A DNA stretch of 64,000 bases from Thermoproteota archaeon (lineage in GTDB: Archaea > Korarchaeota > Korarchaeia > Korarchaeales > JAOZGB01): NCBI GenBank assembly GCA_037917685.1, contig JAVCBU010000006.1:32001-96000 (forward strand), given 5' to 3'. This document shows positions 48,767 to 59,600 of this stretch, one piece after another (position 1 is the first letter of the stretch; the number at the start of each line of letters is the position of its first letter). The position numbers and the translations under genes are program-made. Under the pieces are notes generated by a model, which did no database searches, was not told where the DNA came from, and was given only the letters and a program-made list of their open reading frames with translations.

Positions 48767-48860
48767 TTCCATTTAAAGGGGGTTATTTTCCGATCGAACA
48801 CAATGATTAAGTTTTTTAACAAAGATTGGCTTTTTAGCAATTAAAAGAAACAGGTGTCAT

Positions 48861-49331
48861 GTGATGAAGCGGTCGAAAACTCTTAAACAGAAAGACTACG
48901 ACATTCTCGCAGAACTTGTTAGGGATGGGAGAATAACATATACAGAGCTTGCGAAGAAAGTTGGTATGTCTCCTGCTGGCGTGTTAAAAAAGGTACGTAG
49001 TTTAGAGGAGGAAAAAATAATTCTCGGTTACACTGCAATTTTAAACCATGAAAAACTAGGTAAGAAGCTTAAACTACTAATATTTGTTAAATGCTCCGCT
49101 GGTAAACACTCTATAGTTTCAAGGCAGATTAAAAAAGTCGCTGCTAACTCCATTCTAGAGATCCATGAAATAACGGGAGACTATGACGTAGTCGTTAAAG
49201 CTGTGGTGAGGGATAGAAATGAGGCCAAGGATCTAATCGCACGGGTATCATCGATACCACATGTTGTTTCCACAAGTACTAGCATGGTACTCGACACCGT
49301 ATTAGAACGTCCGTCCATAGCTCCATCATAA
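48861..49331 (+). CDS. Lrp/AsnC transcriptional regulator
   Basis: D..IL.EL..DGR...ELAKKVG HTH; EITGDYD RAM domain. Confidence 0.92.
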   Translation: MMKRSKTLKQKDYDILAELVRDGRITYTELAKKVGMSPAGVLKKVRSLEEEKIILGYTAILNHEKLGKKLKLLIFVKCSAGKHSIVSRQIKKVAANSILEIHEITGDYDVVVKAVVRDRNEAKDLIARVSSIPHVVSTSTSMVLDTVLERPSIAPS

Positions 49332-50312
49332 AACTATCTTTGAAAATTGTTCTGTTAACGGTTTGGCAGGTATTTTTAGTTTCTTATTTACCGCATATGA
49401 TAGGGATTCAGGGTAACCAAAGACAGTATAGACGCGTTTAGGCCGACAGCTAACTATGTATTTAAGGAGTGACGGGTAATCAGCATGTGAGCTGAGTGGA
49501 AACCCAAACTCTCCATCTATTAGTATTCTTCCCGTGGCAGAAGCCGTTAGAACCTTCCTTCCAGCCCAGCTTTTAAGTTGAATTGGTGAGACTATGAGCT
49601 TAGCTTCTTTAACATCAGACACGAGATTCCTCGTCACACGGCTAACGCCGTACTTCTCATACACTCTGTTAACTCGGTAAACTGAAGGGTGAGGTAAGAT
49701 GGGTATGTTAGTAAGTAAACCAAATATAGCCTCGATCTCCTGCGATTTACCAGCAGTATACCCTTTGAAACATGCAAGCTTACCGTACTCAACGGTTGAA
49801 GCCGCCCACCTGATCATTTGCATCCATATCTGTTGTGGATTGCCGAATCTGAAGTTAGGATGTCCATATGTGGCTTCCACTATTAATATGTCTATATCTT
49901 CCGGTACTACCGCGTCATGCAATGTAGATAGACTTGGCCTATTATTAAGATCACCTGTATATGCAATCCTTAGATTTCCATCATCGATTATAAAACCCCT
50001 CGAACCTAACATATGCCCAGAAGGATAGACTGAAACCTGGTATCTATCTTTAAAAAGTATCGGTTTTCCCAGAGAGATCTCTCTTATCCATCCAGCAGCC
50101 CCATGCCTAGCTGCTATTATATCCTTAGTTTCAGGAGAGCTATAAACCTCGAAGGACACATAAGACGATTTCGGAGTTGGATAATGATCTGAATGCGCAT
50201 GAGATATGAGATATAAGTCTACCCCCTCTTTTAGTTTTAAAGGGTCAAATATTACTCTGAAATCTTGAAATTCGAGTTCAATTCCATCCATGTAGCGAAG
50301 CCTAATATTCAT
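49326..50312 (-). CDS. MBL-fold beta-CASP nuclease
   Basis: SHAHSDH, SGHMLGS, YTGD, EATYG, GKSQE, LSSHAD. Confidence 0.85.
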   Translation of the reverse strand: MNIRLRYMDGIELEFQDFRVIFDPLKLKEGVDLYLISHAHSDHYPTPKSSYVSFEVYSSPETKDIIAARHGAAGWIREISLGKPILFKDRYQVSVYPSGHMLGSRGFIIDDGNLRIAYTGDLNNRPSLSTLHDAVVPEDIDILIVEATYGHPNFRFGNPQQIWMQMIRWAASTVEYGKLACFKGYTAGKSQEIEAIFGLLTNIPILPHPSVYRVNRVYEKYGVSRVTRNLVSDVKEAKLIVSPIQLKSWAGRKVLTASATGRILIDGEFGFPLSSHADYPSLLKYIVSCRPKRVYTVFGYPESLSYAVNKKLKIPAKPLTEQFSKIVL

Positions 50313-50378
50313 AGCTACCTATAGTTTAAGACCTCAAATTTTTAATTCTAAACCTCAGTAGTAACTATGGTTATAGAT

Positions 50379-50537
50379 ATGTCAAAACGCAAAAGGAGGA
50401 CGTTAATGCCTATGGGGACGGCTGGACTGCTAAGTTTCCAAACTGAAGAGTCAGGAGGCATAAAGATAAAACCTTGGATGGTGATCGTCACCACAATAGG
50501 CGTAGTGGCCGCTGAAGTGATAATTAGGCTTATATGA
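50379..50537 (+). CDS. secG: Protein translocase Sec61-beta (SecG)
   Basis: MSKRKRRTLMPMGTAGLLSFQTEESGGIKIKPWMV plus TM; below ORF-track cutoff. Confidence 0.85.
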   Translation: MSKRKRRTLMPMGTAGLLSFQTEESGGIKIKPWMVIVTTIGVVAAEVIIRLI

Positions 50538-52066
50538 ATACGAGAGGGGTTTCTTTGTCAGTGTTCGAACGGGTTATGGAGATAGCTTCCAGGAGGGGCT
50601 TCTTCTGGCCCAGTTGCTCTGACGTCTACTCGAATTACCCAGCGGGACTTTGGAGCTATGGACCCCTAGGGGCTAGACTGATAGAGAAGATTACAGGCCT
50701 TTGGAGGAAAATCGCGGTTAGACACGGCGCGTATGAACTCGTAACTCCAAATATGATGTCAATGAGAGTGTTTGAAGCATCAGGTCACACTAAACATTTT
50801 AGTGACAGGTTTGTAGAATGCAAAAAATGTCACGACAGATTTCGTGTAGAAATGCTACTCGCTGGACACATAGACAAGACTATTCTAGAAAACGTTACCG
50901 ATGCTGAGGCAGACCGTCTTATTAAAGAGTTGAATATTAAATGCCCTAAGTGTGGGAGTAAGAATTTCACTGAAGTGGCTAGATTTAACCTAATGTTTAC
51001 CACACAGATAGGCGCAAAGGGCGGGGAAATAGCTGTCTTAAGACCTGAAACCACTCAGGGTAGTGTTGTTGAGTTGAAACATGTGGTAAGATCCGTGAGG
51101 TCCAAGCTTCCTGTAATACTTTACCAGGAAGGATCAGCGTTTAGAAATGAAATATCGCCCAGACTTGGATTAGTCAGACTGAGAGAATTCCATATGATGG
51201 AGTTACACATATTTTTTGACCCTGAAAATCCTGGTTTTCAAAAAGAGGTTGAAAGTATTAGCCGCTACAGGTTAAGGTTTCTAAAACTAGAGGACAGGGA
51301 TTCTGGGAAGATAACCGAGATAGAGGCTGGAGAGGCTTTAAAGCAGGGGTATACGATAAATGCGCTCATAACATACTGGCTTGCGGTTGTTCAGAGATTT
51401 TTCAATGAAACACTTGGGATACCTATGGAGAGACTTAGATATAAGGAACTATCAGAAAGGGAAAGGGCCCACTATGCGGCTGCTCACTGGGATTTAGAGT
51501 GCTACACTCAGGATCTGGGCTGGATTGAGGTTGCAAATAATGCATATAGAACAGACTATGATATTAGAGGGCATATGCGCCTTTCTGGGGAAGACCTAAC
51601 AATTGAGGTTAATGGGAAAAAGGTTATTCCTCATATGTACGAGCCCTCGATAGGTATAGATAGAACAATACTTAATTTACTGCTTATATCCTATACAGAT
51701 GATGGTGAACGGAAATATCTAAGACTCCCAAGACACATATCTCCTGTTGACGTGGGAGTTCTACCTCTGGTTAGAAGAGACGGATTAGACAGGATTTCCC
51801 ATAAAATATTTGAAGAGCTAAAGTCGGAATTCTATGTCGAATATGACGATAGAGGAACTATAGGCAGAAGATATAGAAGATTCGATGAAATAGGTACACC
51901 AGTATGTGTAACTGTCGATTACGAGACACTTGAAGACGATACTGTAACGCTGAGAGATAGGGATAGCATGAATCAAGTTAGAGTGCCAAGAAGCCAGCTT
52001 GCAAACAAGATCAAGCTTTTCCTTAGCGGGATCCCCCTGGAAAAGCTTGGAACACCGTTAGCTTAG
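50534..52066 (+). CDS. glyS: Glycine--tRNA ligase (alpha2 type)
   Basis: RRGFFWP, LRPETTQG, FRNEISPR.GL.RLREF, EPSIGIDR, IGRRY.R.DEIGTP. Confidence 0.95.
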   Translation: MNTRGVSLSVFERVMEIASRRGFFWPSCSDVYSNYPAGLWSYGPLGARLIEKITGLWRKIAVRHGAYELVTPNMMSMRVFEASGHTKHFSDRFVECKKCHDRFRVEMLLAGHIDKTILENVTDAEADRLIKELNIKCPKCGSKNFTEVARFNLMFTTQIGAKGGEIAVLRPETTQGSVVELKHVVRSVRSKLPVILYQEGSAFRNEISPRLGLVRLREFHMMELHIFFDPENPGFQKEVESISRYRLRFLKLEDRDSGKITEIEAGEALKQGYTINALITYWLAVVQRFFNETLGIPMERLRYKELSERERAHYAAAHWDLECYTQDLGWIEVANNAYRTDYDIRGHMRLSGEDLTIEVNGKKVIPHMYEPSIGIDRTILNLLLISYTDDGERKYLRLPRHISPVDVGVLPLVRRDGLDRISHKIFEELKSEFYVEYDDRGTIGRRYRRFDEIGTPVCVTVDYETLEDDTVTLRDRDSMNQVRVPRSQLANKIKLFLSGIPLEKLGTPLA

Positions 52067-55000
52067 ACATACTCTTCTAGTAATGTTTTTCTATAGTTTT
52101 GAGCCACTTTACGTTCCTCGAAAAGTCTCTCTAATTCTCTTCTAATGATTTCGATTCTTTGAGAGACATACGGGGGAAGCCTAAATCTAGATGTTATTTT
52201 CTCGCTTACATCAAGGTACTTAGATATGTTACCCTTAGAAACAGTTAAAAGTAGAGGAACCCCACAGCTCGGACATAAACCTGTTAGAGTTGGCCTTCTA
52301 AAAGATCTGTTACATTTGGGGCATCTAAATCCTTGTATGAAGAATTTTTTCATGTTTCCCTTTATATCCCTTAGAAAGTGTAATGCTATGACCCTCTCAA
52401 CGGCATCTTTAAAGTCGACTGATCTTATTTTGCGGCATATACGTATATGAGATATAAGTTTCTGCTTCATCTTATTCTCAACCTTGTATCTCGATACGAG
52501 AGGGCCTGAATGCACATTTTCAACAGGGACAGTAAATTTTATTGGAATATGCTTCTCTCCATTCTCAATAGAGTCTTCAACTATTCTAATAGGGTTCCTT
52601 AACTCTTTAGGATGAGGATAGTTATACGTATCACCATAAAATTGGAGAGGGAAGTTTTTGACATTCTCAATATTATAAACTTCGTCGTCGACTTCGGCCG
52701 GATCAACCCTTGTACATAGTAGGATCGGAGCATCCTCGTGTCCCCCAATATCCTCCGGTAGGTATGCTTTTGAAAAGTTTAGTAGGACGTCCAGCCCAAG
52801 AGTTATTGAGTCCTCGTCACCGTCACAGTTTCTCCTTTTAGCAGCATGAAGAATTGGGTGGGCCATAACTACAGATCCCCTAGTGAACCCGATTATTCTA
52901 CATGCTATAGCCATAAAGGTATGAGGCGATATCGTAAAACAGATCTGCCCAAGGAGACCTCGGGAATCGCTGATTTTATAATAGGGTTCAAGACCATACA
53001 GTTTCTGTAGAAGATCATCAACAAATTTTGAGACTTTAACCAGATGTTCAGCAGCAGACACTGGGATGATGATGTCCTGAGGCATTAGTTCTATTAGTTG
53101 GTCTTCGCTCTCTAGCTCACGGCCTTCAAAATCATGGGTATACCCAAGATTTTTCAGATCCTGAATTGTTACCCCAATCTCTGCCGGTTTAAAATGGGTT
53201 AGAGGTGTGTTAATGGCGTCAAACCTTATTGTACCATCCTTAAATACACATAAACCGTGTAAAGCTCTTAAGATTCCCTTTTCAAGTCTTTCTGGAGTTT
53301 TATTTTTACTTGTCAAACCGATTACGCCTTTAACCCGCTCATATTCAACGTCAACATCGACATTTTCAAACGCAGTTTGTACCATGCTTTTAATGTCAAG
53401 CTCTACTTTCCGATAACTAACCGCTTTCCCGCCATCGCTAGGGCAGATATCACTTCTTAACCTGCGTCCACACCTAGAACAGTATTTTATAGGCTCTGTT
53501 CTCACGTTACATTGAGGGCATGAATAAAAGGGGGTTTCTAAACCACATGATGGACATTTCCTCTGAGATATTTCAACAATTACTTTACCGGATTGAATAG
53601 CTGACTTAAAAGATCTGCTTCTCCCTCTTTGGACACCTATTGGGAATAATGCATTAACTTTCCCTTTAAGCTTTCTCATCTTAGCTTTTTCAGGTCTACC
53701 CGTTCTTAGTCCTATATATATGGGTGCTTTAGGCTCGATTCTGATAGGAGAAATCTCATTAACCGCTGAAAGAGTATCATATCCACTTGTGGTTTTAGGG
53801 TTTCTTTTAAATTGGGAAAGAATTATGCTTAGGATGTACGCTTCATCTCCCTCTATGAGAACTTTGCCGTCGACAATTCTATGGGGTATACATAGCTTCT
53901 CCAGTATTTTTTTACATTTAAAGTCGGCTAGGAGACTCTTAACAGCTTCACCATCTCTTTTTATTTCGGCCTTAGAAAGGATATCAATCAGTGTGCAAAG
54001 TTCTTCCACCGAAATATCGTGCCAATGATACGTATAGGATGGGTGTAAAGGTATCCCCAGTTCCATACTTAGCTTTACAGCTTCCTTCGCTGCGGGCTTA
54101 TACTTAAAAGGATATTCCACAAAAAGCTTTAACCTTTCGTCCGAAATACTACTAAGAGAGACGCTCTTTTTCAAGGAATCCTTAAGTTCGAGAGCCCACC
54201 ACTCCTCTGTTATTCCAGATGGGAGAAGCACATGGTTGTTTTCAAGAAACTCTCCATAACCTATTAGAATGTCCCCGTTGAACAGTATTTTCTTAACCAA
54301 ATGTTTAATTTTTTCTGCTTTCTCGACAGTATTAGCACGCAGTACGGTACCATCCTTAAGTAGGACGACAGGCCCCTCTATAGTTTCAACAGGCACCACA
54401 ACGGCACTCTTACCCGGCCTTTCAGTCCTAACCTGAACACCAAGAGCTAGCGTATTCTCAACAAGAACCATAAACGCTGGATGAATACCAACAGCACCTA
54501 AGCCGGTATTCCTAGCATGACCGTACCTAAGCCTAAATCCACCTTTTACTGATGGATGAGATAATATGGGTCTACCTCCAACAGCATCCCTAAGATATTT
54601 TAATGACGGATATACTATTGGAACCCCTTTACCCTCAATTATGCCACTCTCCACAGACTTCTCATCAACAGAGGGATTAAGCCAGTCCCACCCATCTAAG
54701 CCAAGCTCAACAACTAGCTTATGGAGTTTTTTAGCTTTTTGTATTAGACAGTCGTTTAGTACTAATACAGCTCCTCCTCTAACCCTGTTTGTCTCAACAC
54801 CCGGGACATCTCTGAAGGATGAGACCTCAACCTTCTCTGTGGGTGGACCAGTTATTTCTACTGGAAGCTTACTTGCATAATAGAATATTTCCTCATTCCT
54901 AGCGTGATACTGGGTTGTTCTCATCATCCTGTACAGGTTTATTTCCTCAGCGTATCTTCTCACATGGCTCTGCGTTGGCTTGAAAAGATCCAGTCCGAGT

Positions 55001-55476
55001 CTTCGTCTAACATAGTCTGCTATAACAACGGAAAACGCGCTTTCGGTTGCCCCAGCAGTCCTTATCGGGCCACAATAGTATACCGCTAGATATTTGCCTC
55101 CATACTGGTTTATCTTAACTTTAACTCCACCTATCCCCTCTATTGGAGCTGAGACGACACAATCGGTTGTTACCGCCAATCCAACCCTTACAGCTAGCTC
55201 GGCTGCTTTAATCTTATCCGGTACCAATTCTAATATCTTATCAGATAGTAGCAAGGCCATCCGGTGCTTTTCCACGCCTTTCTCAACTAGTTCTTGTACA
55301 TAGTTTTCTATCTTAAGTTGGGGAAACATAGCCCCAATTCTCTCTGCTAGGGTATTTGCTATTTTTACTTCCGGCCGTAGCGATGGATCTAAACCCTTGA
55401 GTCTTGCTTTAGAAGCTACGGAATAGAGCTTTTTAACCTCAGAATCTATCAGATCCCAATATTTCTCTATATCCAT
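52063..55476 (-). CDS. polC: DNA polymerase D large subunit DP2 (no intein)
   Basis: GPIR.AG, NRVRGGA, GGFRLRYG, RTGRPEKA, FKDGTIRFD, HAAKRRNCDGDED, C-terminal Zn finger and PIP-like TLLEEYV. Confidence 0.96.
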   Translation of the reverse strand: MDIEKYWDLIDSEVKKLYSVASKARLKGLDPSLRPEVKIANTLAERIGAMFPQLKIENYVQELVEKGVEKHRMALLLSDKILELVPDKIKAAELAVRVGLAVTTDCVVSAPIEGIGGVKVKINQYGGKYLAVYYCGPIRTAGATESAFSVVIADYVRRRLGLDLFKPTQSHVRRYAEEINLYRMMRTTQYHARNEEIFYYASKLPVEITGPPTEKVEVSSFRDVPGVETNRVRGGAVLVLNDCLIQKAKKLHKLVVELGLDGWDWLNPSVDEKSVESGIIEGKGVPIVYPSLKYLRDAVGGRPILSHPSVKGGFRLRYGHARNTGLGAVGIHPAFMVLVENTLALGVQVRTERPGKSAVVVPVETIEGPVVLLKDGTVLRANTVEKAEKIKHLVKKILFNGDILIGYGEFLENNHVLLPSGITEEWWALELKDSLKKSVSLSSISDERLKLFVEYPFKYKPAAKEAVKLSMELGIPLHPSYTYHWHDISVEELCTLIDILSKAEIKRDGEAVKSLLADFKCKKILEKLCIPHRIVDGKVLIEGDEAYILSIILSQFKRNPKTTSGYDTLSAVNEISPIRIEPKAPIYIGLRTGRPEKAKMRKLKGKVNALFPIGVQRGRSRSFKSAIQSGKVIVEISQRKCPSCGLETPFYSCPQCNVRTEPIKYCSRCGRRLRSDICPSDGGKAVSYRKVELDIKSMVQTAFENVDVDVEYERVKGVIGLTSKNKTPERLEKGILRALHGLCVFKDGTIRFDAINTPLTHFKPAEIGVTIQDLKNLGYTHDFEGRELESEDQLIELMPQDIIIPVSAAEHLVKVSKFVDDLLQKLYGLEPYYKISDSRGLLGQICFTISPHTFMAIACRIIGFTRGSVVMAHPILHAAKRRNCDGDEDSITLGLDVLLNFSKAYLPEDIGGHEDAPILLCTRVDPAEVDDEVYNIENVKNFPLQFYGDTYNYPHPKELRNPIRIVEDSIENGEKHIPIKFTVPVENVHSGPLVSRYKVENKMKQKLISHIRICRKIRSVDFKDAVERVIALHFLRDIKGNMKKFFIQGFRCPKCNRSFRRPTLTGLCPSCGVPLLLTVSKGNISKYLDVSEKITSRFRLPPYVSQRIEIIRRELERLFEERKVAQNYRKTLLEEYV

Positions 55477-55537
55477 GTCCTACTGAATAGTGAATAGTAA
55501 GAATTATTTAATTTTAGAGTTACTTTTTCTCAGGACA

Positions 55538-55771
55538 ATGGGAAGAAGGAAGAAAAGGCGTGTCATCAGGAGAAAGCCTAGGTTGAAGCCTTCAGCATTT
55601 TTCAGATGTCCATTATGTCAAATGGACACCCTGAGCATTAAGATAGATAGAAACAAGGGAATAGCAGTTGTTAAATGTGGGGACTGTGGGCTTAACGATA
55701 CGGTTGAGATTTATGAGATGGAAGAAGAGGTCGATGCCTACTCTAAAATCGTTGATAAGTACTTGTCATAG
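55538..55771 (+). CDS. elf1: Transcription elongation factor Elf1
   Basis: MGRRKK basic start, FRCPLC...CGDCG, VDAYSKIVD. Confidence 0.85.
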   Translation: MGRRKKRRVIRRKPRLKPSAFFRCPLCQMDTLSIKIDRNKGIAVVKCGDCGLNDTVEIYEMEEEVDAYSKIVDKYLS

Positions 55772-56311
55772 CTCTGAAAACTTTAACCTATCATAGGCAT
55801 TTAAGGCTGCTTTCACATTTACCTCCCCCGCTTCCCCTTGCCACCTATTACGAATAACCTTAACAATTGTTTCAATATCCACAATCCCGGAAGCCTTCGA
55901 AATAGCTCCAAGCATAGCAGTATTAGGAATAGGAAGTCCTGCCAGCTTTAACCCAAGCTCAGATGCTATCCCAGTTGCATCTACATATGCTAGCCGCCAA
56001 TCTCCGAGCTTGGGCGGAGAAGAGGTATTCGCGATTATTAAACCCCCCCTCTTTAAGCCCCTTACAGTATCTATCGATAATGCTGAAGGATCCACTATGA
56101 CAACGATGTCTGGGCTGTATATCTGGCTTCTAAGTCTAACGGGTTCTTCTGATATTCTGGTAAAAGCCTTAACAGGAGCTCCCCTCCTTTCTGCTCCAAA
56201 ATGGGGGAAGGCTTGCGACCATTTTCCCTCCATAAACGCCGCTGTAGCAAGTAACTCAGATGCTACCACGATTCCCTGACCTCCTCGGCCATGCCACCTT
56301 ATTTCTATCAT
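55766..56311 (-). CDS. porG: 2-oxoacid:ferredoxin oxidoreductase gamma subunit
   Basis: EIRWHGRGGQG, FPHFGAERRGAPV, NTAMLGA. Confidence 0.9.
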   Translation of the reverse strand: MIEIRWHGRGGQGIVVASELLATAAFMEGKWSQAFPHFGAERRGAPVKAFTRISEEPVRLRSQIYSPDIVVIVDPSALSIDTVRGLKRGGLIIANTSSPPKLGDWRLAYVDATGIASELGLKLAGLPIPNTAMLGAISKASGIVDIETIVKVIRNRWQGEAGEVNVKAALNAYDRLKFSEL

Positions 56312-56330
56312 CTTATCACCATTATAGTAA

Positions 56331-56404
56331 CGGGCGAGCGGGGATTCGAACCCCGGATCTTCGGCTCCGAAGGCCGACGCCCTATCCAGCTAGGCCACTC
56401 GCCC
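56331..56404 (-). tRNA. tRNA-Arg(TCG), intronless
   Basis: GGGCGAG acceptor, TCGGC-CTTCGGA-GCCGA, TTCGAAT. Confidence 0.95.
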
Positions 56405-56464
56405 TTTATTACTATACCGGCTGGATATAAATTTTTAATTGACCGTGGATGAAAAGTAATAGTA

Positions 56465-56680
56465 ATGGTTGGTTTGAAACATAGACTTGTACCACCTCAC
56501 TTTAAACTTGACGAAAATGAGAAACGCCGTGTTCTTGAGATGTATGGGTCTATCTACAAGTTTCCCAAGATCAAAGCATCTGACCCGGCGATAAAACACT
56601 TGAAGGCTAAACCCGGCGATATTATAATGATAAAACGATTTGGCGGTGGGGTTTACTACAGGGTTGTAGTGGAGGGATAG
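56465..56680 (+). CDS. rpoH: RNA polymerase subunit Rpo5 (H)
   Basis: HRLVPPH, PKI..SDP, AKPGDII.I.R, YYRVV. Confidence 0.94.
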   Translation: MVGLKHRLVPPHFKLDENEKRRVLEMYGSIYKFPKIKASDPAIKHLKAKPGDIIMIKRFGGGVYYRVVVEG

Positions 56681-56684
56681 CTGT

Positions 56685-59600
56685 TTGATGCCTATAAGGT
56701 TAGATGTAGATTTCTATCCCATAGTAGAAAGTTATTTCAAAGAGAAAAGTTTCGTAGACGTACAAATAGAATCATACAACCAATTTGTAGAAAGGGGATT
56801 ACAGGAGGTAATAGACAACAACAGGGTTGTAGAGCTAGGTCAGAACCTAAGGATCGAATTTGGCAAGTTAAAGATTCTATCACCATCAATAGTAGAAGCA
56901 GACGGATCCAGAAGGACAGTAACTCCAATGGAATGTAGACAGAGGAAATTAACCTACGAAGCACCGATGTACCTTGAGGCATTTTTATACGATGGAAACG
57001 TGGAGATAAAGAGACAAGAAGTCTTCATTGGATCCTTACCAGTAATGGTTAAATCAAAGATATGTGTACTCCATGGATTAAGTAGAGAAGATCTTATCAA
57101 GGCTAAAGAAGACCCATTAGATCTTGGGGGATACTTTATTATCAATGGATCAGAACGAGTTGTGGTTTCCAGGGAGGATATAGCAAGCAACAGAGTTATC
57201 GTTAGCAGGGGAACCACTTCCCCCTTAGTAGCTAAAGTATACTCCGTCAGAGCAGGATACAGAGCCGTCTTAACACTACAGTACAAGAGAAATGGAGAGA
57301 TAATAGCCCAGTTTGCTGGTATAAATATTCCAGTAACAATTTTACTAAGGGCTCTGGGACTTGAATCCGACAGAGACGTCACTTATGCTATTAGCAGCGA
57401 TAAAAAGGTCATTGAAGAGTTCCTTGTATGCTTAGATGCTATGCCGAAGAAAAAAGGTGGTTTCACAGTAGAGGATGCATTAGACTTTATAGGGAGAAGG
57501 CTATCCCCAGGATCACCAAGAGAAGAAAGAATAATGTTTACCCAGAACAGGATTGAAAGACAACTTCTCCCACACATAGGGACGAGGAGAGCTGATAATC
57601 TCAAAAAAGCATACTATATTGCTAAAATGGTTGAGAGACTCATTAGGGTTAAGCTTAAAGAAATACCCCCCGACGACAAGGATCACTATAAAAATAAGAG
57701 GATCCAGTTCGTAGGCGACTTACTCCAGACACTATTTAGATATGCCTTTGTGATATTTGCATGGCAACTCCAGTTCCAAATCTCTAAGAAAATAAGTAAG
57801 GGTCTGGGGGATATTGACATCAGACACTTTGCACAACCTCAAACCATAACGGACAGATTCCACAGCGCACTTGCCACCGGGAGCTGGGTTGGTGGAGCAA
57901 CAGGAGTAAGCCAGATCTTGGATAGAACCAACTATCTCGCTACAATCTCCCATCTTAGAAGGGTCATCTCGCCGCTCACAAGGACTCATCCCCACTTTAA
58001 AGCTAGGGCTCTTCATCCAACAACCTGGGGAAGGCTATGCCCCCTTGAAACTCCAGAAGGAACAAGCTGTGGGCTCGTCAAGGGACTCGCCAGCTTTATA
58101 GATGCCACGGTGGGTGTTGAGAAAAACCCGATTATAACAAGATGTATCCAACTGGGTGTTATACCCATCGAAAGAGCCACTCCGGAAATGGTAGGTAGAT
58201 TAACACCCGTTTATGTCGATGGATTACTGATAGGTTTGGTTGAAGAACCCGAAGAATTCATAAAAAGGTTTAACCAAGTAAGAAGAGAGATCTCTCATGA
58301 AATAAACAGTATATTTGACAGGGAAAAGAGAGAAGTAGTTATAAACGCGGATGCCGGAAGGATAAGGAGAATCCTCATACCGGTCAACAGGATAGAAGAT
58401 GCCATCGAACTTTTAGATGATGTAAAGAATGGTAGAATAACATTCAGCGGTCTTGTCAAGAGGGGAATTATAGAGTTCCTAGATGCGCTAGAAGAGGAAG
58501 AAGCCGTCGTAGCAACAAACCTTAGAGAAATAACCCCAAAACACACCCACTTAGACTTTGCACCATACATGATGTTTGGAGTAGCAGCAGGAATGCTTCC
58601 ATACGCTGAACATAACCAGAGCGCCAGAGACGTGATAGCAGCAAACATTACCAGGCAGGGTCTTGGAATGTACGCCGTAAACTGGCATCAACGAATGGAT
58701 AGCAGGGCACACATACTATACTATCCTCAGAGGCCGATAGTAGCCACAAAAGTGGTAAAACTTTTAGGATACGATAATAGGCCATCAGGCCAGAACCTTG
58801 TAGTTGCAGTACTATGTATGGATAATTATAATACCAAGGATGCTGTAGTCCTCAACAAGGGCGCCGTAGATCGGGGGGCTGCAAGAAGTGTATTCTTTAG
58901 AACATATGAAGCTGTAGAAAGAAGATATTTTGGAGGACAAGAAGATAGATTTGAAATCCCATCGGAAGAGGAAATAAGTGGCAGAAGAACTAAAGAAGCA
59001 TATAGGAATCTAGGACCTGACGGGATAGCGGAACCAGAGCAAGAAGTTAAGGGAGGAGACGTTATAATAGGTAGGACGAGCCCTCCCAGGTTCATAGGAG
59101 AATATTTAGGTTTTAGAGAAGCTGGATGGATAGCCAGAAAAGATGCATCGATAGGAATAAGATATGGAGAGAAGGGTATCATAACCATATCAATGATAGC
59201 AAATACTGGTGAGGGAGATAGAATAGCTAGAGTAGTAGTAAGAGACAATAGGATACCAGAACTGGGAGACAAGTTCGCAACAAGACACGGGCAGAAAGGA
59301 GTGGTTGGTATGATCTATAGGCATGACGACATGCCATTTACCTACGAAGGTATCGTTCCAGATCTTGTACTTAATCCGCATGCCATACCGTCAAGGATGA
59401 CCGTGGGCCAGCTAATCGAACTCCTAGCAGGCAAAGTTGGATGTCTCGAAGGTAGAATTGTCGATGGAACCCCATTCATATCTGAACCAGTCGAAGACTT
59501 GAAGAAGGCTCTTATTAAGCTAGGTTTCAGATACGATGGGAGAGAAGTTATGTACGACGGCATGACCGGTGAAATGCTCGCTCAGGACATATTCATCGGT

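Noticed and set aside
48176-48776. ORFs 48176-48400 and 48537-48776
   Set aside because: They overlap tRNA-Tyr, tRNA-Asp and tRNA-Lys genes
46392-50312. SMC-like gene plus MBL nuclease near tRNAs as a defence island (Wadjet/Lamassu-like)
   Set aside because: The genes are not adjacent or co-oriented, no jet/lmu partner genes are present, and the neighbours are housekeeping genes
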